The translations under genes and the position numbers were made by a program. Shown one piece after another: positions 1 to 64,000 of a stretch of 64,000 nt of DNA. A model generated the notes under the pieces. It did not search any database and was not told the origin of the DNA. It worked only from the letters and a program-made list of their open reading frames with translations. The DNA comes from the human T2T-CHM13v2.0 reference genome, Homo sapiens. Within the stretch, counting starts at the first letter, position 1. Every line of letters starts with the position of its first letter. The stretch lies in NCBI RefSeq assembly GCF_009914755.1, contig NC_060927.1. One strand, written 5' to 3'.

Positions 1-2
1 GG

Positions 3-2166
<2,164 letters not shown>

Positions 2167-2305
2167 GTGACCACCAGGGGCTCTGAACTGTAGCTGATGT
2201 TATCAGCAGGCCATGCATCCTGCTGCCAAGGGTGGACACGGCTGCAGACTTCTGGGGGAATTGTCGCCTCCTGCTCTTTTGTTACTGAGTGAGATAAGGT
2301 TGTTC

Positions 2306-2311
2306 AATAAA
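2306..2311 (+). terminator. PSMD2 polyadenylation signal AATAAA
   Basis: AATAAA 140 nt after the stop codon, followed by a GT/T-rich downstream element (~2328-2350). Confidence 0.85.
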
Positions 2312-2540
2312 GACTTTTATCCCCAAGGTCTCTCTGTGTCTGTTTTCTGGGGTGTCATGGCTGGAGTCTAAACTAGAGTAAGGAGTGGAAGTGAGAGGGC
2401 ATTGTTAGGAGCAACGCTGAGTTTAGGTTAGCAGCACTGCCCTGGATGGAAAGAACTGAGCCCCTTCCCTCCCCTGGGTGGAAAAAACTAAGCCCCTCCT
2501 TTCTAATCATCTTCTCTTTGCATTTTCTTAGAACCCTTGA

Positions 2541-4363
<1,823 letters not shown>

Positions 4364-4639
4364 TAAAAAGGTTGAAACAGGATTAAGGAATCCCTGTTGA
4401 GCCCCTTTATGGTTCCTGCCATAATCTTCAAGTTAGCATGTGTGATGTGATGAGCCTCTGTTATTATATAATGTGGATATAGTAGTTGCCTTACCTGATT
4501 TCCAGTGGTGGTGATGTTAGAATAAAAAGTGATTTGTAAACTAAAAAGAATGATTCTCTCCCAAATTGTGATTTAGGTGATTGTGCTTTAGAATAAGACA
4601 GTTTCATAGTGGCTTTTAACCTTTCACCTTTAGTTCTTC

Positions 4640-5390
4640 ATTCATCAGTGAATAGCAGTGGAGCCTTACTCTGCATCAGACATTCGTCTAATTTATGGGG
4701 ATGCAAATACAGAAAAAAAACCCTATGCTCAAAAAGTTTAATGAAATGATGAAAACAACTGTGATCGATACTTACCAGGGTGTGAACAAGGTACCCTGGT
4801 ATCACTGAGATGGGGCCTAAGTGCCTGGGGCAATCGGGGGACTTTGAGGAAGCTTATATCCTTAGAGGAAGATAAGTTTGTACAGAGGAAAAGAGGGCAG
4901 AATATAGCTAAGGGAGTAGCAAAGGCAAGAAGGAGGAAAAGCTGTTTTCAGAAACTTACAGATAATTTGGTTTGGCTAAATGTATAGGGGCCAGGGAAAA
5001 GGGTGGTAGGAGATACAGCTGGAAATTCAGGCTCAGACTAGGTTTACAAGAGCTTTGTTGTGCTAAGAATTTGACAGTATCTTTCAATGGGGCCCACTGA
5101 ATGAGAGCAGAAAAGTGACATGATCAGCTATCTGGGTGAGAAAGCTAACCCTGGAGGACAGGAGAGCAGGCAAGGAAAATGAATGCTTGAACTAAGGCAG
5201 TTGAAATGGGGACATAGGGAAGGGTAGAATAGTTATTTTTTAAAAGATAAGATCAATAGGACTTGATTTTGATCCAAATACCAGTAAGACCTGGTGTCTG
5301 ATTAGATGTAGTGTGTGGATGGAGAAGGAATATAGGATGAATCCCAGATTTTCAGGTTAGGCACTATCTATTACGTAAGCAACAATATAT
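4640..5390. mobile_element. Old L2-like LINE fragments
   Basis: L2-like motifs (ttcattcatc at the left end, gatgaatcccagattttcagg near 5340). Highly diverged and recognised by eye only. Confidence 0.5.
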
Positions 5391-5496
5391 TTGGGGGACT
5401 TGATTGAGTAGGGAAAGTTAACAAATTCTGGCCAGGTAATAAGTATCAGAGTTTGGATGAAAACTCAAGCAATCTGACCTGTGGATTTGGCTGTAG

Positions 5497-7604
<2,108 letters not shown>

Positions 7605-7649
7605 TAGCATGCACTCAATAAATGGTTGCTTAAAATATGAATGAACTAA

Positions 7650-8821
7650 AGAATCGCGGAACAGAGAGAAACACAGAGGGGAATCGGTCTGGGAGTTTCA
7701 AAGTTCGGGAGGGGACACGGGGGCGGGCTGTGGCTGTCACGTGACGGGGCGGGGGCAAATCCCATGTGCTCGGCGGCGCAGATCGCCCGGCGCGGCTCCG
7801 CCCCCTGCGCCGGTCACGTGGGGGCGCCGGCTGCGCCTGCGGAGAAGCGGTGGCCGCCGAGCGGGATCTGTGCGGGGAGCCGGAAATGGTTGTGGACTAC
7901 GTCTGTGCGGCTGCGTGGGGCTCGGCCGCGCGGACTGAAGGAGACTGAAGGTAAAGCCGCCATGTCCGGGCCCGACCCGGCCCCCCCACCCCCTCCCCCC
8001 GCATCCGCCGCCATCCGGGCCGGGACCGGCCACCCTGCGCCGCCGCCCCGGCGCCCTGGCCCCGCGGCCCGACCCAGGGCCCCGGCCCGCCAGGGTCCCG
8101 ATCCCCGGCCCACGTGTGCCTGGCCCGGCCGGGCCTGGCTGCTGGGTGGGGGTGGGGAGCGCAGGGCCGGACTATGCGGGCCCCGCGGGCTGGTAGGGCG
8201 CCGGGTTCGTCGCCGCGAAATGCCACCTCGGCCTGACCCGAGGAGGCCCGGCAGCCCACGGGCGCAGGCACCACGGCTCCCGGCCCGCCGCCCCCTCCCC
8301 CCTTCGCGGCCAGGCCGCCGGGAAGTGACACGTTGTTCTTTGGCACTGGCCCGCGCTGCGCAGGGAGGGCGCAGGGGAGGGAGGCGGTGGCGGCGGGCAG
8401 GGAGGAGCCCCCGGCCCCGCCCGCCCTCCGGGCCGACCCTCACTTGCCTGAAACCGGCTCCTCGACGGCCGCCGCCCGCCTGGCCTTTTAGGGCCTGACT
8501 CCCGCCCTTCCTGGCCTACACTCCTGGGCGGCGGCAGGCCTAGCTTCTGGCCCAGTGCGGGTTCCCCGGCGGCAGGCGTATCCTGTGTGCCCCTGGGCCA
8601 GGCCCGAACCCGGTGTCCCCGGGTGGGGGGTGGGGACGCCACGGCCGAAGCAGCTAGCTCCGTTCGTGATCCGGGAGCCTGGTGCCAGCGAGACCTGGAA
8701 TTTCCGGTCTGGTTGGTCTGGGGCCCCGCGGAGCCAGGTTGATACCCTCACCTCCCAACCCCAGGCCCTCGGATGCCCAGAACCTGTAGGCCGCACCGTG
8801 GACTTGTTCTTAATCGAGGGG
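7650..8821 (+). promoter_or_regulatory. EIF4G1: EIF4G1 CpG-island promoter and 5' non-coding exons (exon ending at 7950; exon 8765-8821)
   Basis: Very CpG-rich. E-boxes GTCACGTGAC 7736-7745, CACGTG 7815-7820 and 8111-8116; GC boxes; ETS-like CCGGAA; donors gtaaag at 7951 and gtgagt at 8822. Confidence 0.85.
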
Positions 8822-9072
8822 GTGAGTGAGGGGTCTGTTTCAGTAGGTCAGGGGTTGGTTGGAAGTGATGCGGGTTTGACAGCATGTTGGTGGGGTCAGG
8901 CTGTATCTTTTCTGCTTCACCCTCTTGGCATCTCTGGGACTCCGTATGGGACCCAGCCCTTGCATCAACCCTTTCACCGCCCCATTTGCCTTAAGCTTGG
9001 GTCCCTTCCTCTTCCTGAGCGCCACTCTTTCCCAACAGGTGCTGGGGGGACCCTGATGTGGCACCAAATGAA

Positions 9073-28168
<19,096 letters not shown>

Positions 28169-28294
28169 GGGCTGGTGGGGCCGGGGACCTGGAGCCCCAT
28201 GGACACACAGATGGCCCGGCTAGCCGCCTGGACTGCAGGGGGGCGGCAGCAGCGGCGGTGGCAGTGGGTGCCTGTAGTGTGATGTGTCTGAACT

Positions 28295-28598
28295 AATAAA
28301 GTGGCTGAAGAGGCAGGATGGCTTGGGGCTGCCTGGGCCCCCCTCCAGGATGCCGCCAGGTGTCCCTCTCCTCCCCCTGGGGCACAGAGATATATTATAT
28401 ATAAAGTCTTGAAATTTGGTGTGTCTTGGGGTGGGGAGGGGCACCAACGCCTGCCCCTGGGGTCCTTTTTTTTATTTTCTGAAAATCACTCTCGGGACTG
28501 CCGTCCTCGCTGCTGGGGGCATATGCCCCAGCCCCTGTACCACCCCTGCTGTTGCCTGGGCAGGGGGAAGGGGGGGCACGGTGCCTGTAATTATTAAA
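28295..28598 (+). terminator. EIF4G1 polyA signals: proximal AATAAA 28295-28300 and distal ATTAAA 28593-28598
   Basis: Hexamers in the 3' UTR; the distal one is followed by T-rich sequence. Confidence 0.7.
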
Positions 28599-29029
28599 CA
28601 TGAATTCAATTAAGCTCACTGCCTTTCTGCTTTATGCCCTGCTCCCTCTAGAGAAGGTGTTTATAGGTGGGGATCCTTCCCAGAGCTGGTACTGTAGCGC
28701 TGTTCCCTGTAACCTGGCACCCCTCCTGCCTCTTCCCCTGTCCATGATTGCAGGGATCTGAGGTTTCCTGGAAGGTTGGGCCCTCAGATGGGCTTGATAG
28801 GTGCCTTCCTGGTCCGGAGAAAAGGGAGATTAGTGATAGGACATCCTTGCTAGGCTCTGCTCTCCTACCAGAATGATTCAAGCCCCTGTGTGGGGAAGGC
28901 TTTTGGGTTTCGGGTTGTTTATAGCTGGAGAATCCCTTTATGGCTTGAAGGTGTCATCTGTAAAATGAAGGGGCTGGATGCATGAAGGGAGGTTTTGCGA
29001 CCCCGTGTAGTGTGACTGGGCTGGCTTAG

Positions 29030-29760
29030 TGAGTGTTCGCCGCCCCTGCCTTCAGGTGGCAGTCGGCTCTGGGAGGAGAGGACCGGCATTTTCGAACCCG
29101 GTCCAGGCCGCCTCTGCGTGGCTGTGACGTCGCTGCGCCCCGCCTACTTTGGGTGGTGACGCGGCGGTCACGCCCCCGCGCTTACGTCACCGGCCCGGTT
29201 CCCTCTCCGGGGAGCGGCGGCGGACGCGCGGCTCCCACCCCTCCCCTCTCACGGGCTCTCCCCTCCCCAGTGTGGCCGCGACCCTACCCTCTGCAAGGCG
29301 ATGGCCCGCGCCCCGAGCGCAGGCTAGCGTGCCTGGGTGCCCGGCCATGGGCTGTATCGGCTCTCGGAGCCCGGCGGGTCAGGGTAAGAGGCGGAGGCCG
29401 GGTACGGGTTGGGGAGTCGGGCTGCGGCCGCCGGTGCGCGGGCCGCGGGTGGGTGGGGGCCTTGAGGAGGGGGCCGGTGTCGGGAGAGGGAGGAGCCTGC
29501 ACCGGGAGGCGGGCCAGGCAACAGGAGGGAGCGGGAATGAGCAGGGAAGGGGCCAGACCGACTCCGGTTCGCTCCCACGGCCTGCCTGCCTTGGGGTTTT
29601 GCAGGGCAGACGCATGGTCTCGCCGCTGGCTGCCGTGTGCCCACTGCTCAGGGTGGCCGGAGACGCACAGCCCCGGGAGGGGCTGGGCAGCCCGATGCCC
29701 CCACCACTCCAGCCCTCGGCGACTGGCCTTGCGCGCCCACACACACACTCCCCTCCGCCT
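29030..29760 (+). promoter_or_regulatory. FAM131A: FAM131A upstream CpG-island promoter / first exon
   Basis: CpG-rich; CRE-like sites TGACGTCG 29125-29132 and TTACGTCA 29182-29189; donor gtaaga at 29384. Confidence 0.8.
29347..29383 (+). CDS. FAM131A: Alternative first coding exon of FAM131A (MGCIGSRSPAGQ)
   Basis: Strong Kozak context gccATGg; phase-1 donor compatible with the exon at 31647; the N-terminus resembles that of FAM131B (MGCIGSR, from recall). Confidence 0.7.
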
Positions 29761-30890
29761 ACACCTCTGCCTTCACAGTCCTGGGAGTGGCCCTGTGCTG
29801 GGAACCTGCTTCTCCCAGCCGTGTCCCCATCTTCTTAAAGAGGTAGCCTTTCGGTCCTGGCTAAGCACCCTACCACAGAATTTTTGTCGGACATTGACTC
29901 CCCTCTTCAGTCAGTCGGCGAAGGGGGACTGAGGTCCCGTTTGGGGCACCTGTGAACACTGAATCACCTCTCACCTATTACAGTTGTTTTAATGTCCTGC
30001 CCCCACTCAGCAAAAACAAATCACTCTACTCTGTGGAGGGAAAGAGGAACCCAGAGGCAGGCCATCAGGGCTTCCTTCCCACAGTGCTGACCCCTGCCTG
30101 GGCCTCGGTTTCCGTGGGTGGCCATGCACACCGGGCCTGGCCGTAGTCCTGTGCATCAGAGGTCGGCCAGCTTCCTTTACTCCGGTGTGGTGGATTTCTC
30201 CACGCATAAGGCAAGGCAGGACTGGGTTTGGGATGGGTCCTGGACCTTCAGGGCAGGTGGTCAGTCACACAGGCCTTGGTGTGGTTGGTACTTGATGTTC
30301 TTTGGAGCTAAGACTGGCTGAGATTTGTACTTCCCTTGAGGAATTCTGGGATTTGTAGTCCTAAGTTAACCTCGTGGCTTTTGAAGCTGAGGAGCAGCTG
30401 ACTGCTCTGATCTCTCTGGCCCTATCAAGGCTTGGAGTTCAGGAAGTCATCACCTTCTCTTGTCAGGGGTGAGTTTGGCTGACCTCAGGACTGGCCTCGA
30501 GAGCCCTGGTTAGGTACCAGTTGGGGGCCAGGGATGGCCTGTAACCTCCTGTTTTCCTTCTGGTTGGTAGCATTTCTGGGGACCAACAGCTGGCCGAGGC
30601 TCAGGGATAGAGACGGCTGCTCCAGCTAAAGGTCAGTTGTGATGTACATTGCCTGTTGGCACTGTCTAGGGAATGGGCCTCAGCTCCCCGAGTCCCAGAG
30701 AGCTTGGCTGAGCCCTGGTGTTCCCACCTCCTCAGAGCCATGAGGCAGGAATGTTCTCCTTATGTGACTAGGCACAGGTTCCAAATGGGGAGGGGACTGG
30801 CTCAGCATCCGGAGCCAAAACAGGAATAGAACTGGGAGCTGAGCCTGGAGCGGTTCTGGGCTTTTGGTTCTCTGCATCAACACAGCCAGC

Positions 30891-38236
<7,346 letters not shown>

Positions 38237-39477
38237 CCCACATCATGCCTGGCGGTGGCATGCATCCCCCGGCTGCTGCCAGGGGCAGAGCCTCTGTGCC
38301 CAAGTGTGGGCTCAAGGCTCCCAGCAGAGCTCCACAGCCTAGAGGGCTCCTGGGAGCGCTCGCTTCTCCGTTGTGTGTTTTGCATGAAAGTGTTTGGAGA
38401 GGAGGCAGGGGCTGGGCTGGGGGCGCATGTCCTGCCCCCACTCCCGGGGCTTGCCGGGGGTTGCCCGGGGCCTCTGGGGCATGGCTACAGCTGTGGCAGA
38501 CAGTGATGTTCATGTTCTTAAAATGCCACACACACATTTCCTCCTCGGATAATGTGAACCACTAAGGGGGTTGTGACTGGGCTGTGTGAGGGTGGGGTGG
38601 GAGGGGGCCCAGCAACCCCCCACCCTCCCCATGCCTCTCTCTTCTCTGCTTTTCTTCTCACTTCCGAGTCCATGTGCAGTGCTTGATAGAATCACCCCCA
38701 CCTGGAGGGGCTGGCTCCTGCCCTCCCGGAGCCTATGGGTTGAGCCGTCCCTCAAGGGCCCCTGCCCAGCTGGGCTCGTGCTGTGCTTCATTCACCTCTC
38801 CATCGTCTCTAAATCTTCCTCTTTTTTCCTAAAGACAGAAGGTTTTTGGTCTGTTTTTTCAGTCGGATCTTCTCTTCTCTGGGAGGCTTTGGAATGATGA
38901 AAGCATGTACCCTCCACCCTTTTCCTGGCCCCCTAATGGGGCCTGGGCCCTTTCCCAACCCCTCCTAGGATGTGCGGGCAGTGTGCTGGCGCCTCACAGC
39001 CAGCCGGGCTGCCCATTCACGCAGAGCTCTCTGAGCGGGAGGTGGAAGAAAGGATGGCTCTGGTTGCCACAGAGCTGGGACTTCATGTTCTTCTAGAGAG
39101 GGCCACAAGAGGGCCACAGGGGTGGCCGGGAGTTGTCAGCTGATGCCTGCTGAGAGGCAGGAATTGTGCCAGTGAGTGACAGTCATGAGGGAGTGTCTCT
39201 TCTTGGGGAGGAAAGAAGGTAGAGCCTTTCTGTCTGAATGAAAGGCCAAGGCTACAGTACAGGGCCCCGCCCCAGCCAGGGTGTTAATGCCCACGTAGTG
39301 GAGGCCTCTGGCAGATCCTGCATTCCAAGGTCACTGGACTGTACGTTTTTATGGTTGTGGGAAGGGTGGGTGGCTTTAGAATTAAGGGCCTTGTAGGCTT
39401 TGGCAGGTAAGAGGGCCCAAGGTAAGAACGAGAGCCAACGGGCACAAGCATTCTATATATAAGTGGCTCATTAGGTG

Positions 39478-39513
39478 TTTATTTTGTTCTATTTAAGAAT
39501 TTGTTTTATTAAA
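39478..39513. terminator. Convergent polyA signals: FAM131A ATTAAA (+, 39508-39513); CLCN2 AATAAA (-, 39505-39510 and 39478-39483)
   Basis: AT-rich island between the two 3' UTRs containing TTTATTAAA. Confidence 0.75.
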
Positions 39514-39871
39514 TTAATATAAAAATCTTTGTAAATCTCTATATACATCTGGTCATTGGAGGTTCCAGTTATAAACCCATCTTAGTTCCACCCCTTTCCC
39601 CTCAAAGGGGGAGCAGGGGTCAAGTGACCCCAACCCATCCTGCCAGGGCAGGGCCTATCTTCCTGCCTCTGGAAGACTTGTTGCAGGTGGGTAGTGGGTC
39701 AGATTCCAGGTAGGATGAACTGGGAGAAGCTGGCACCCCAGGTCTGGAGGGGGCTGGGGTGCAGCCTCCAGCTGTAGCTGCCTCCTGCCTTCCGAAGGCA
39801 GAAGGAATGAAAGATGCACATTCTGGGCTGACGGGCATGGCTAGCACCATCCTAGGCCACCCACGAGGGGC

Positions 39872-61551
<21,680 letters not shown>

Positions 61552-61774
61552 ACCTCGCCTGAAGCCAGCCTCTCTGCCAAGTCACTCAGGTCATGGGCAT
61601 TGTTCAAGCCTGAGTGGCAGCCGCTCTTGCTCACCTGTTGAGGAAGGGCTGGCTCACTGTCCACCGTGGCGGCATCTTTAACTGGCCTCCACTCAATGGG
61701 AAACTGACTCGCCTGTGAAAGACACAGTGGGAGAGCTGAAAATGAATCAGAAGCTTTATGTATATGATTTTTAA

Positions 61775-61780
61775 ATTAAA
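61775..61780 (+). terminator. POLR2H polyA signal ATTAAA
   Basis: Hexamer about 225 nt after the stop codon, in a T-rich context. Confidence 0.7.
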
Positions 61781-63087
61781 CTTTACTTTTTCAGACTGCC
61801 CCTCCCCTTTTTGTAAAAAGTCCATTTACTGTAAAATCGTTTTTTCCAGTTTGTCTGTGGTGTATTGTTTCTGGCCCACAGCCAGCTGATCACTTGTCAA
61901 TGTAGGATCTATTCCAGCCTTTTGGTATCTGGGTTCAGGGTTATCTCAGTCTCCTGGCTGACTGTTCTCAACATTTATCCTCCAGTGTGGTTTTCAGTCT
62001 GGGAGAGAGTTGTGCTTTTGGCTCCTGAGGGTACCCCAGGCCCAGAAGATACCACCCATTTGGCGCAGAATTTTGAATTGGCAAGGAGCCCTGCTCATGT
62101 CCTTCCAACACTTTCAGTCTCTTAGGAAGTCAGTTCATGCTGACTTGAATGAGTCACTTGCATAGTCTAGAAATGTTCATTATTTTTATGGAAGCTTTGG
62201 GTAGAGGCTTTTAGCTACAGGCATGGGAGATGACTATGAAGAGAGTAGGACGAGAGGACTTGGTGGTTCTGGAAGCAGCTGGAGGAGCTGGCTCTCTGCT
62301 CTACATTCCAGTGGTGACCTGGGAGGGAGGGTAAGTGGAAGTGGACAGGGCAGCAATACCAATGAAGTTGGCAGGCCAGAGCCAGGGCCAGTGCCAGGAC
62401 CATGTAGCGGCCTGACTACAGTCACTAACTTATGAGTGGGGGAAGAAAAAACATTAAGGAAATGGCTATGATAAGGGCTCCAGCATGTGAGCTGGCTCTT
62501 CAGCTTGGCATTAGAGGTCTCTAGGAAAGCATATGGGGTTCTGTTTTCCCCTAGGAAGTTTAGGGTAACAATCCAAAAAGATTCTCTGTGCATTAAACAG
62601 TTGTCTGTTTGATCTGGTTTTGCCTGGGAGCTGGTCCCCTGCTGGGATACCTGGGGTATTTCCTTCCCCATCATTTTCGGATCTTCATGTGAGGTGTTAG
62701 AAATAGTATTTAGGGAAATGGGTTGAAAATGAATGGCCTCAGCAGGGAGGAGGAAGAGGTGTTTCTTTTACCTTACTATGGGTAGAGTAGGGGGAGGGAG
62801 TTGGGATGAATTTTTATGAAATCCTAGAACCTTTCCATGGGGTGGGTTTTTTTGTGGGGTTGGAGAACGACAAATGAGAGTGAGACAAACGAATTACAAG
62901 TAATAGTGTGTAGGTTATCATAGACTGTCCTGGCGGTCTTGGGGTAGCAGAAGAAAGAGAACTGGTAGAGCATTGAATAGGGATAGGAGTGTTCTGGTTG
63001 TAATTGTTTTTTTGTGTTAGTGGGAAGAAGGGATGGGACCAACCAGACTGATTTGGGAATGGGTTAGATTTGTAATAGGGCAGGTAA

Positions 63088-63588
<501 letters not shown>

Positions 63589-64000
63589 CCTAAAGTTTTG
63601 CCATTCTTGTCTCTCATCTGTCTGTGCTGGGAACCCATCATTCTCTGGTTCTATTGGTGTATCGTGTCCTAGGTGCTGGCACTTTCATGTGCTATAAAGT
63701 GTTTCATTTGATTATTAAATTTAACCCAGCTCAATATGTCAGTAAGTTAGTTTCCACTTAACATTCCCTTGACTGCATGCTGGAATTTGTAGTATGAATG
63801 AACTACTTCTCTTCCATGCAGAAACTGACAGCATTTGAGATTTGGACAACATTTTTGAGCTTTGTGCATTTGTTGATTCCTTCTCTAGGAAAACTATTCT
63901 GTCCGTGAAGGGAGAGAGGGACATGGGAAGATGTCTAAATTGGTCACCTCCACTAAGAACTTTGGTTTTCTACTCAGAACTCTTTTTTTTTTTTGAGATG

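Noticed and set aside
9039-9072. Long non-AUG N-terminal extension of eIF4G1, as in EIF4G2/EIF4G3
   Set aside because: The main frame is closed upstream by TAA (8811-8813) via exon 2 or TGA (7946-7948) via exon 1; at most a few codons (e.g. from GTG 9058) are possible.
29033-29932. 299-aa and 229-aa ORFs over the FAM131A CpG island
   Set aside because: GC-content artefacts; only the MGCIGSRSPAGQ segment is bounded by a splice donor and has family support.

Overview
Human (primate, Alu-rich) genomic DNA, recognisable as the gene-dense 3q27.1 cluster. In order: the last six exons of PSMD2 (+); the complete EIF4G1 gene (+, 1599 aa reconstructed from 31 coding exons, plus a 21-nt neuronal microexon) hosting the C/D snoRNA SNORD66; FAM131A (+, 366 aa); CLCN2 (-, 24 exons, 898 aa), convergent with FAM131A; and POLR2H (+, 150 aa), divergent from CLCN2. 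Exons were traced by hand from GT/AG boundaries, and the summed lengths give intact reading frames. Most ORF-track entries are Alu, GC-rich or antisense artefacts. The best leads beyond standard annotation are: (i) decayed SNORD66 paralogues in other EIF4G1 introns; (ii) an upstream FAM131A exon encoding an MGC lipidation-type N-terminus like FAM131B, with a stop-containing exon that could toggle it; (iii) a candidate in-frame alternative last exon with a polyA signal in CLCN2 intron 22; (iv) a shared bidirectional polyA element for FAM131A and CLCN2; (v) a 103-bp tandem duplication carrying an alternative POLR2H acceptor; (vi) uORFs around the eIF4G1 start codon. No wholly new multi-gene system is evident.
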